From an uncultured Gemmataceae bacterium (lineage in GTDB: Bacteria > Planctomycetota > Planctomycetia > Gemmatales > Gemmataceae): a DNA stretch of 64,000 nucleotides. A program made the translations under genes and the position numbers. This document shows, one piece after another, positions 1 through 12,000 of this stretch. The stretch covers positions 3,200,001 to 3,264,000 of the forward strand of contig CAVVPN010000003.1 of the NCBI GenBank assembly GCA_963750165.1, written 5' to 3'. The notes beneath the pieces are model-generated. The model made no database searches. It saw only the letters and a program-made list of their open reading frames with translations, and had not been told where the DNA came from. How positions within the stretch are numbered: position 1 is the stretch's first letter; each line of letters begins with the position of its first letter.

Positions 1-2
1 TC

Positions 3-3000
3 GGCATTAACAGCGCCAGCACCTTCCTGCTGACGAACACCGTCTTCGTCAACGGCACCACCACCGGCACCGCGTTGACGCTGACCAACCAACCGCTGCC
101 GGCCGGCAACGCCACCCTGACCAACACCGGCACCCTGGCCATCCAGAACACCGACTCCGCCGGCCCGATCACCGTCAACGCCGGCACGCTGGTCGTCGGC
201 GGCAACGGCGCGCTGACGGGGGCCGCCAACACGAACGCGGCGCAGACCATCACTTTCGGCGGGACCAACACCATTGGCGGCATGTTCACCCTGACCGTCC
301 TGGGCCGCACCACGGCGCCCATCTCCTGGGACTCGACCACCGCCAACCTGCAAGCCAACATCCAGACCGCCCTCGACACCCTGCTCGGCGCCGGCACCAC
401 TGTGGTTTCCAACTCCGCCAACCCCACCGTCACATTCCAGGGCGTCCTGGGGGGCCAGCCCATCCCCTTGATGACCGCCAGCGGCGTCGGCCTGACCGGC
501 ACCAACCCGACCGTGACGGTCACCAACACCACCAACGGCGCCTCGGCCATCACCATCAACACCGGAGGCACGCTGGTCCTGGACAACTCCAGCACCAACA
601 ACGCCAACCGCGTCAGCGACACGGCCAACATCCTGCTCAATGGCGGCATGCTCATCTACCTGGGCAACGGCACCGCCGCCTCGACCGAGACGGTGGGGAA
701 CCTGAACCTCGGCGCCGGCAACTCGACGGTCAACGTCGTCCCTGGCTCGGGTCAGGCCGCCACGCTCACCTTCAACAACCTCGGCAACCGCCTGCCGGGC
801 GGCCTGGTCAACTTCAACGGCGCCAACCTGGGCGGCTTCACCGGCACGAACAGCCAGATCGTCTTCACGAACGCGCCGACGCTGGTCAACGGCATCCTGC
901 CCTACGCGCTGGTCAACGGAAGCGACTTCGCCACCATCGGCGGCAGTGGCATGACCATCCAGGCCCTCAGCGCCACCAGCCCCAACAGCAGTAACTTCGC
1001 CACCTCGTTGCCGACGGACGGCACGGCGGTGGCCACGGTGAACTACAAGCTGACCGACCCCGGCACGCTCACCCTGACGGGCGCCACCGCCATCAACGGC
1101 CTGCTGATCGTCGGCGCCACAATGCCGACCGTGCTGAACCAGGGGGGCAACAGCCTGACGCTCGACACCCTGGCCTTCAGTGGTACGCAGGCCGCGACGA
1201 TCTCGGGCGGCAGCATCGCCCTGGGCATGACCGAGGGCGTCTTCATGACCGCCCCCGGCGCCACCGCGACCCTGTCCAGCAACGTCACCGGCAGCGGCGG
1301 CCTGACCGTCGGCGGCGCCGGCACGCTCACCCTGAGCGGCACCAACACCTACACCAACAGCAGTTCCAGCCAGACCCTGAACATCATCGGCGCGCCCACC
1401 GCCGGCACGTTCACGCTAACCTTCAACGGCCAGACCACGACCGCCCTGAACTACAACGCCCTGGCGAGCGACATCCAGAACGCCCTGCAGGCGCTGCCGA
1501 ACATCGGCAGCGGCAACGTGCTGGTCACGGGCACCAACCCCGGCCCCTTCACGGTCACCTTCACCGGCGCCCTGGCGGCCACGCCGCTGGCGACGCTGGC
1601 ACTGGGCACCAATAGCCTCACCGGCGGCACCACCCCCACCGTCCTCGTGGAGGTGGCGACCGCCGGCCTGGTTGCCACCACGTTGGCGGGCGGCACCCTG
1701 GTCCTGGGCGGCACCAACGCCCTGGCCGCGGGCGGTTTGCAGGCCATCGCCGGCACCCTCCAGGGCGGCATCGCCCCAACCACGGCGCCGCTGACGCTGA
1801 CCAATTCGCTGCTGCTCAGCACCAGCACCGTCACCTTCGGCGGCACCCACCCGTTCGTGGTGACCGGCGGCGTCACGCTGAACGGCATCAACAACCTGCT
1901 CACCGTCAACACCAACACGACCTTCGCGGGCCAGGTCAGCAACGGCATCACGGCGGCCACTCTGACCAAGCAGGGCACCGCCACGCTGTACCTGACCAGC
2001 AACGTCAATAACTTCACCGGCCAGACGACAGTCGCCAGCGGTTACCTCAACGTCCAGGCCGCCAACGCCCTGGGCACCAGTTCCGCCGTGACGGTCGCCA
2101 GCGGCGCCGCGCTCCAGCTGCAAGCCTCGCTCAACGCCAACGGCAGCTTCACCTTCTCCCGGGCCCTGACGCTCTACGGCAACGGCCCGACCGGCAACGG
2201 CGCCCTGGAGAGCGTGCTCGGCACCAACGTCGTCTCGGGCACCATCACCCTGAACACCGCCGCGACCATCGGCGTCACCTCCGGCGCCCTGACCCAGACT
2301 GGCGTCATCAGCGGGCCCGGCGACCTGACCAAAGCCGGTGGCGGCACCTTCAACATGACCGCCGCCAACAGCTACACCGGCAACACGATCCTGGCCAACG
2401 GCATCACCACCGTGGCCACGAACGCCTTCGTCCTTGGCGCGAGCACCGGCAACGCGGTCGTCAACAGCGGCGCCACACTGGCCATCGTCAACGGCTCGGG
2501 CGGCATCTTCGCCGCCAAGACGCTGATCCTCAACGGCACCGGCTACGCCGGCTACAACCTCGCCGGCGCCCTGGTCAGCACCACCGTGAACGCCACGCAG
2601 ACCTGGATGGGCAATGTCGTCCTCAACCCCGGCGCCACCATCGGCGTCACCACCGGCGGCAACCTGATCCTCGACGGCATCGTCAGCGGCACCGGCGACC
2701 TGACCAAGGTCGGCCCCGGCACCCTGACCCTGCCCGCGGCCGAGACCTACAGCGGCAACACAGTGGTCAACGGCGGCACGCTCGTCCTGCAGATCGCCGG
2801 CACTGCCCTGAACTCGCCGAACTTCATTGTCAACCCCGGCGCCACGCTGACCATCGACAACAACCAGAACGGCAGCACCACGTCGGTGCTGCTGACCAAC
2901 CGCATCGCCGACACCGCGGGCGTCACCCTGAACGCGGGCACGTTCAACTTCATCGCCAACCCGGGCACGGGCGGCGTCCTCAACGGCTTCCAGGTCGGCG

Positions 3001-6000
3001 GCGCCCTGGCCAACACCGAGACCATCGGCACCCTGACCCTGGGCGCCGGCTCCTCGACCATCCAGACCGGCTACACCTCGGCCCCGAACGCCGCCACCTC
3101 CTCGACGCTGACCGCCGCCAGCCTGGTGCGCAACGCTGGCGCCACGGTCAACTTCCAGTCCAACGCCGGCGGCCTGAGCACCGCCCTGCTCGGCAGCACC
3201 TTCAACAAGGTGACGTTCACCAGCGCTCCCACCACGGTCGGCAACGGCGGCGGCATCCTGCCCTACGCCCTGGCGAGCAACAACTTCACCAGCGGCGAGG
3301 ACTTCGCCACCTATGACCAGGTTGCCAACAGCATTGCTGCGTTCACCAACTACGCGACCTCCCTCGCCACCGCGGGCGCCGGCGACACCGTCAAGCTGGC
3401 CGCCGTCGAAACGCTGACCGGCAACAAGACGATCAACGGCCTGCTGCTGGTCGGCGGCACGGTTGGCCTGGCGGGCAACACCCTGACGATCACCAGCGGC
3501 GGCCTGGCCGCCACCGCGACCAACGCTGCCACCACCAGCACGGTCATCGGCGGCACGGTGGCGTTCGGCAGCGCCGAGGGCGTCATCAACACCGTCAACA
3601 ACGGCGGCAACGCGGCCAGCCTGGTCTTCCAACCCCTGACCACGGGCAGCGGCGGCCTGACGGTCGGCGGCAACGGCGTCGTCACACTGCCCAACGCCAG
3701 CACCGTCACCGGCCCCTCGACCTTCGCGGGCGGCACCCTCAACCTGGGCAACGGCACGGGCCTGGGCACCGGCACGCTCAGCCTCATCAGCGGCACCCTG
3801 CAGGGCCTGGCCGCGATCACGATCAACAACCCGCTGGCCCTGAACAACAGCAACGTCACGCTCGCCGGCAACCAGAACCTGACCTTCACCGGCAGCGGCA
3901 CGCTCAGCGACACCGGTACGGCCGCGGGCACGTTCGCCAGCACCGTGAACGTTACCGACACGGCCCTGACCGTCTTCTCGGGAGCGCTCGGCGGCAGCGG
4001 CAGCCTGTTCCTCAGCGGCACGGGCAACGTGGTGCTGTCCGGGGCCAACACGTACTCCGGCGGCACGTTCGTGACCGGCAACCTCATCGTGGTGGTCGGC
4101 AGCAACAGCGCCTTCGGCACCGGCACCCTGGCTCTGACGACCGGCACACTCCTGGCCGACGCCGCCGGGCACACCCTGGCCAACAACTTCGTCCTCAACG
4201 GCTTCGGCTTCGTCTTCGGCGGCAGCAGTTACAACGGCGCGAGCAGCGGCTCCACGGCGAACAGCAACCTGACCTTCAGCGGCACGGGCGTGCTCGCCTA
4301 CGTGAACACGACGATGTCGATCTCGACGACTCTCGTGGTGTCCAACACGACCACGTTCGGCGGCACGATCAGCGGGCCGGGCGGCCTGCTGGTGACCGGG
4401 CCGGGCAACCTCGTCCTGGCGGGCACGAACACCTATGCCGGCGGCACCGCCCTCAACTCCTCCGGCATCGGCCTGGCCGCCGTCCAGTTCACCACGTCCG
4501 CCACCTCGACGGTGACGGGGATCAACTTCCCCGGGTTGACGCCGCTGTTCGCGCACCTCGACCCGGTCGTCAATTACGTGACGCAGAACGGCTTCATCCC
4601 GCCGGTCGGCTTCCTCAACCCGCCCCCGGTCCCGGGCGGCCTGCCGATCGCCGGTGACGCCCTGACGGAGAGCGGCTACCTGAACATCGTGACGCCGGGC
4701 AACTACACCTTCCAGTTCCTCGGCGACGACGGCGCCGTGGTGTATCTGGACGGCGTCCTCATCACCCACGGCGACGGTGTGAACCAGACGGCGACCAGCG
4801 TCACCCTGCCGCTGGCCGCGGGCCTGCACAGCCTGCAGATCCGCGTGAACAACAACACCGGCGGCGCGCAGGCGGTCCTGAACTACTCTGGCCCGGACAC
4901 CAACAACGTCAACGTGCAGGTCCAGCCGGGGGCGCTGTCGAACCCACTGGGCACGGCCGGCACGCTCCAGGTCACGAACGCCAGTTCCCTGGGCACCGGC
5001 CCGGTGGCGCTGTCCAACGGCGTCCTGCAGGCCACGAATGCGGTGACGATCAGCAACCCGGTGTCGATTACCGGCGGAGCGCTGCCGCTGGTGTTCGCCG
5101 GCAGCAACATCACCATCGCTAACTCGGCCACCCTGACCGGCAACGTCAACCTGTCGGTGAACAACACGACCACCTTCAACGGCGACCTCGCCAACGCATC
5201 CGGCCTGGTCCCCGCAATCCAACTGCTGGCCGCCGGACTGACCCTGACCAGCCAGCCAGTGACCGTCGGCACCACGACCTACACCGGCAACGGCAACCTG
5301 GTGTTCACCAACTCGGTCAGCTACTCCGGCCCGACCAGCGTCAGCGCCGGCACCCTGACGCTGAGCGGCAACGGCGCCCTGACGCAGACTGCCGGGGCCA
5401 ACGCCACGCAGACCGTCAGCATCATCAAGGCCGCCAGCGGCACGTTCACGCTGACCTTCAACGGCCAGACCACCGGGACCATCACTTACAGCACGACGCC
5501 GACCGTCACGGCCCAGAACATCCAGGCCGCCCTCGCCGGGCTGTCCAACGTCGGCATCGGCAACGTCACTGTCAACTTCGTGCCGGGCAGCAGCGCCAAT
5601 AACCAGCAGATCCTCGTCGCCTTCGTCGGTGCCCTGGCCGGGCAGGCCCTGCCGACGATGTCGATCAACATCAGCGGCATGACCGCGTCGGCGCAATTCG
5701 TCCTCGGCAGCGTCGCGACGACGACGGTCGGCGCCGCCGGCCTGACGATCAATACCGGCGGCACCGTCGTGCTGGACAACACCACGGTCAACAACACCAA
5801 CCGCCTGAACGACGCCGCCACCGTCGCCCTGGGCGGCGGCACGTTCAAGCTGCTCGGCAACGCCAACGCCCCGTCGTCCGAGACGCTCGGGGGAGTCGGA
5901 CTGGTGAGCGGCAACTCCACCATCTTCACGCAGGCCGGCACCGGCCAGTCCGTCAAGCTGACCGCGCCCACCGCCCTGCGCCTGCCCGGCGCCACGGTCA

Positions 6001-9000
6001 ACTTCGTGGCCGGCGGCGGCCAGGTTCTGGGCAGCGCCACCAACCAGGTGCTGCTCAGTGGCGTGGCGTCCGCATCCCTGTTGATCGGCGGCATCGTGCC
6101 GTTCGCCACCGTCACCGACGCCAGCACGGTCACCGGCAACACCACCGGCTTTAACCTGGCCACGGCCACCGACACCACCAGCGGCGCCAGCATCCAGGCC
6201 CTCACCACCTACGACACCAGCAACGTCCTCGTCACCAGTTCGCAGGCCCTGACCGGGATGGTCAACGCCGTGCTGATCGTTGGCGACGGCATCAACGTGA
6301 GCGGCGCCGCGCTGACCGTGAGCAGCGGCGTGGTGGCCAGCAGCGGCGGCAACACGACCGGCAATACGGTGTCCGTCGCCGCCCTGACGCTGGGCTCGAC
6401 CGAGGGCATTTTCACCGCCTACACCCATGCGACGACGGCCGCGCCGGCTGGCGGCAACCTGAAGTTCACCGGCACCATCACCGGCACCGGCGGCCTGACC
6501 TTCTCCGGGCCGACCTCGACCGCGTCCACCACCGCCGGCGTGGTGGCCGTGAACGGCGCCAACAGCATCATCGGCGCCGTGAACCTCAACAGCGGTACGC
6601 TCAGCCTCGGCAACAGCCTGGCCCTGGGCAGCGTCCCGGTCGCGGCCTCGGTCATCGTCCCCAACTTCAGCTTTGAAACGCCCGCCCAGGGGACCGGTTA
6701 CGTTTATAACCCGACCGGCGGCTCCTGGACCTTCCTGGGCCAGAGCGGCCTTGCCGGCAACGGCAGCGCTTTCGGCCCGCCCAACGCGCCCAACGGCGTC
6801 CAGCAAGATTTCCTCCAGAACCTGGGGAGCTTCTCGCAGAGCCTCACCTTCCCGGTCGCGGGGACATACGCCATCACCTTCTATTCCGCCGGCCGCAACG
6901 GCTACGGCTCGAACCCCTTCCAGGTGCAGATCGACGGGGTGCAGATCGGCTCGACGATCACTCCGGTGGTCAATGTCTACGGTGCGTACACCATTACCTT
7001 CACGGTCTCGTCCAGCGGGGCCCACACCCTGGGCTTCGTGGGTACGAACTCCACCAGCAGCGACTTCACGTCGTTCATCGACAACATCTCCATCGTGCAG
7101 GTGCTGGTCGGCACCCAGGAGGCCACGGTGTACCTCAACGGCGGCACGTTGCTGGCGAGCACTGCGGTGACGCTGCCCCAGCCTGTCGTCCTGAACAGCA
7201 GCAACGTCACTCTGGGCGGGAGCAATTCCCTGGTGTTCACGGGAGCGGTCACACTGGCCGGCCTCAACAACACCCTGAACGTCACCAACACTGCCCCGAC
7301 CATCATCACCGGCGTTGTGAGCGACGCCGCCGTCAGTCCCGCCCAATCGCTGACCAAGACGGGCGCCGGCACCCTGATCCTGACCGGCGCCAACACCTAC
7401 TCGGCCCAGACCAACATCCTCGCCGGCGTCGTCAACGTCCAGAGCGCCACGGCGCTCGGCGCCACGCCCGACCAGCCCCCGGTGTCCTCCTTGGCCAACG
7501 CCGCCGTCGCGAACGCGGGCGGCACCATCGTCGGCGCCGGCGCCACGCTGCAGGTGCAGGGCGGCATCACCGTCAACGAGGCGGTGGCGCTCAACGGCGG
7601 CACGCTGGAGAGCGTGACCGGGACCAACACCTTCGGCGGCTCGATCAACCTCCTGGCGTCCAGCACCATCGCGGTGGACGCGGGCCAGCTGACGGTGAGC
7701 AGCCAGGTCGCCGGCAGCGCGGACCTGACCAAGACAGGCGGCGGCACCCTGGTGCTGACGGACAACAACACCTACACCGGCCAGACCAACGTCAACGCCG
7801 GCATCTTGACGCTCGGCAGCATCGGCGGCACCGCCGGCCCCAACACGCTCGGGGCGGCGACGGGCAGCGTCGTCGTCGCCGCCGGCGCCACCCTGCAGCT
7901 CAACCCGGGCGCCGGCACCACCTACACCAGCAAGCAGTTGATCCTGAACGGTTCGGGCCTGGGCCTGACCACCTCCGGCCTGCTGCTGCCCACCGGCGCC
8001 CTGGAGAACATCACCAACGCCACCAGCGTCTGGACCGGCAACATCATCCTGAACACGCCGGACGCCACGGTCAGCGGCACGACGGGCACCCTGGTGCTGG
8101 CCGGCACCGTGAGCGGCACGGGCAGCCTGACCAAGGTGGGGACCGGCACCGTCGTCCTGGCCGCGACCGACACCTACACCGGCGCCACCACGGTGAGCGC
8201 CGGCACACTGACCCTCGGCAGCGTCGGCAGCATCCAGACCACCGCCAGCGTCACGCTGAACAATTCGTACGCGTCCGGCGCCAATCTGACCGTGGACAAC
8301 CAGAACGCCTACGCCGGGGCGGCCAGCGGCTACAACGTGCCCAACCGGCTGGGCGGCACGGTCGGCGTGACGCTGAACAACGGCGTGTTCAACCTGATCG
8401 GCAACAATACCTCAGGCTCCGGCAGCGCCGAGTCGGTGTCTACCCTGACCGTCAACAGCGGCGCCTCGTTCATCAACCAGACCAGCGGCTCGGGCCTGAA
8501 TGCCTCCGCCGTCCTGACGGTCGGCACCCTGACCCGCAACCAGGGGGCGACCCTCGGTTTCGTGCCGGGTGGCAGCGCCGGGGTCAACAACAGCTTTAAC
8601 AGCGCCTTCAACAAGGTGCTTATCAACACGCTCGGCACCGGGGTGGCCATGGTCAACGGCATCCTGCCGTGGGCGACGGTCGGCACCCTCGGGGCGACGA
8701 GCGGCACGCCCGGTGGCTCGGCCATCGTCGGCCAGTACGACTTCGTGACCCTGGTCCCCAGCGGCACCGCCAGCAGCGTCGCAGCCTTCACCAACTACAA
8801 GACCTCGCTGGCCGCCGCCGGCCCGACCGACACTGTCCGCCTGACGGCCAGCGAGACCCTGACGTCCAACAAGGTGGTCAACGCCATCATGGTCGCCGGC
8901 ACCACCGCCGGGATCAACGTCACGATCACGCAGAACAATTTCACCCTGGGCGTGACCGCCGGCGCCATCATGTCGATGGGCAACCAGCTGCTAACCATCA

Positions 9001-12000
9001 GCGGCGGCACGGTCGATTTCGGCACGTCCGAGGGCATCCTGAACCAGAACAACGCCAACATCACGGTCAACAGCACGCTGTCCGGCAGCGGCGGCCTGAC
9101 CGTGACCGCCACCACCGCGGGCAACATCACCCTGAACGCCGCCAACAACCTGACGGGCAGCACCTACCTCAACTCGACCGGCAGCACCACGCTGACCGTG
9201 GGCAACCTCAGCGCGCTCGGCAGCGGTGCCCTGACGCTGACGAGCGGCTCGTTGACCAACAGCGTCGGCAACAACTTCGTCGTGGCCAACCCGGTCAACT
9301 TCAACGACAGCGTGTTCACGTTCGGCAGCTCGGCCAACCGCTTCGTCCTCACCGGCCCGATCGCGTTGACGGGCAACAACCAGATCACCGCCGATTCCAA
9401 CGCCACCGTCGGGCAGGCGACCTTCTTCAGCGGCGTCATCAGCGGCACCGGTTCGCTCAACCAGCTCGGCGGCGCCCTGGTGATTCAGAACCCGAACAAC
9501 ACCTACTCCGGCGGGACCAACCTCGCCGCCGGCAACCTGATCGTGACGGCCAGCGACACCGTCAGCGGCGGCAACGTGACCAAGGGCCCGCTCGGCACCG
9601 GCGCCGTCAACCTCACCGGCGGCCTCTTCCAGGCCGCCGCCAGCAACGTTTCGGATTACACGGTCAACGCCATCACCCTGCACAACGCGATCATCCTGGC
9701 CAACGCGAACACCATCGTCGCGGGTGGTGCCCAAACGAACGCCGGCGGAGGTGGCAACATCACCCTGGCGGGCCCTGTGACCCTCTCCGGCAACAACACG
9801 CTGGGCGTCACGGCCGGCTTCAACTTCATCATCTCGGGCACCATCAGCGGCAGCGGTTCGCTGACCAAGACCAACAACGGCTCCTTGCTCCTCAACGGCA
9901 ATAACACCTTTACCGGCGGCCTCACGGTCGGCTTCAGCGCCGGCGTCCTCGGCAACGTCGGCAACGTGATTATCGGCAACAACAATGCCCTGGGCAGCGG
10001 CGTGCTCACGCTGGCGGGCGGCGCCTTCCAGGACGACGGCAACAGCGCGCTCACCGTGAGCAACAACGTGATCCTCGCCGCCGGCACCACCAGCACCATT
10101 AACGCGATCAACCCGAGCCTCCCGTTCACCTTCACCGGCTACGTCGGCGGCACCGGCAACCTGGTCAAGGGCTTCGCCAGTTTGACCACTTACGAAAGCA
10201 CGATGGACGATGTCCTGACGCTCAATTTCCTGAACAACTCTCTGATCACCGGCGGCACCTTCACCTTGACGCTCAACGGCGCCACCACCGGCACCATCGC
10301 GTGGAGTTCGACCCCGGCCATGCTGGTCACGAACATCCAAAACGCGCTGAACCTCCTGCCGAGCGCCATCGTCGGCCCCTATCAGCCCGTCGTCAACGGC
10401 ACCAGCCTCAGCGCCATTTCGATCACGTTCCAGACGCTCACCCCCAACGCCAACGGCGGGGCCACCCCGACCGTGTCCTTCAACGGCGCGGGCCTGACCC
10501 TGGCCGGCACTGGCGTCGCCACGATCGCCGCCTCTCCGAGTGGCGCCACCGAAGCGACCAATACCGTCACCATCACCACCACCGCTGCCCACGGCTTCCT
10601 GGTCGGCCAGTACGTCACCATCACCGGTGTTGGCGTCACCGGCTATAACGGCACCTACCTCATTACCTCGGTCCCGACCGCGACCAGTTTCACCTACATC
10701 GATCCGACCACCGGCCTGGCGGCCTCGGGCGGTGGTTCGGCGGCGGTTGTCTCTTCGATCAGCCCGACCCTGGGTTCCGGTACGCTCAACCTGCAAGGTG
10801 TGTCGCTCTACACCGGCACCACTACCGTCAATCAGGGCAAGCTGAGCCTGAGCGGCGGCGGCCAACTTGTGAACACGACCGCGGTGACGGTCAACCCCGG
10901 CGCCACGCTGACCCTGGACAACACCGGCGCCAATAACTCCAACCGCATCAACGACGCGGCCAACCTCACCCTGAACGGCGGCAACTTGACCTTGCTGGGC
11001 ACCGCCAACGCCGCCTCGTCCGAGACCCTGGCGGCTCTCATCCTGGGCGCCGGCAACTCGACCATCACGACCACGGCCGGCACCGGCACCGGTTCGGTCG
11101 CCCTGACGCTGGCGAACTTCGTCCGCAATACAGGCGGCATCGTCAACTTCGTCGCCGGCGGCGGTCAGATTCTCGGCAGCGCGACGAACCAGGTGATCGT
11201 TAACCAGATGGCGGCGACCATCTTGACCGGTGCTGCCACGGGCATCCTGGCGGGCGCGACGGTGACCGACGGCACCACCACCGTCAATGTCGATGCGGGC
11301 ACCGCCAACTCCGGCGGCTTCAACCTGGTTACGGCCGGGGCTTTGTCCACCGGCTCCACTACCAGTTTGGCCGCGCTGACGACCTACGTAAGTTTGAACC
11401 TCACCGCCGGCAACAACCCGACGGACAACGTCTTCGTCAACTTGACCGGGGCTCAGGCGCTGGGCACCGCGAACACGGTGAACGCCATCCTGTTTAACAC
11501 CGACGGCCTCAACCTCACCGGGACCTCGCTCACGTCCGCCTCGGGCATGTACGTGTTCGCCGACACCGGCAACACCGGCAACACCATCGCCGTCAGCCCG
11601 AGCGTGACCGGCGAAGGCATCTTCATCACGAACAATAGCCCCGGCACCACGGGCGTCACCAACATCACCGGCGTCATCCCGGCCACGGCGACGGCCCTGA
11701 CCATCGGCGGCACTGGCTCGCTCGCCCTGAGCGGGGCCAACCTCAACACCGGCACGGTCAATCTCGATTCCGGCAACCTGATCCTTGGTAATGCCACGGC
11801 CATTGGCCCTGCCGCCACGATCCTCGCCGCCTACGGCGGCACCATTTCGACCGCCGCCGCCCTCACGATCGCCAACCCGCTCCAACTGCGGACCGGGGCC
11901 GCCTACCTGACCTTTACCGGCGCCAACAACATCACCTGGTCCGGCGCCATTTCCCTTGGCGGTTCGCTCGCCGTGGATATGAACACGAGCACGACGACTT

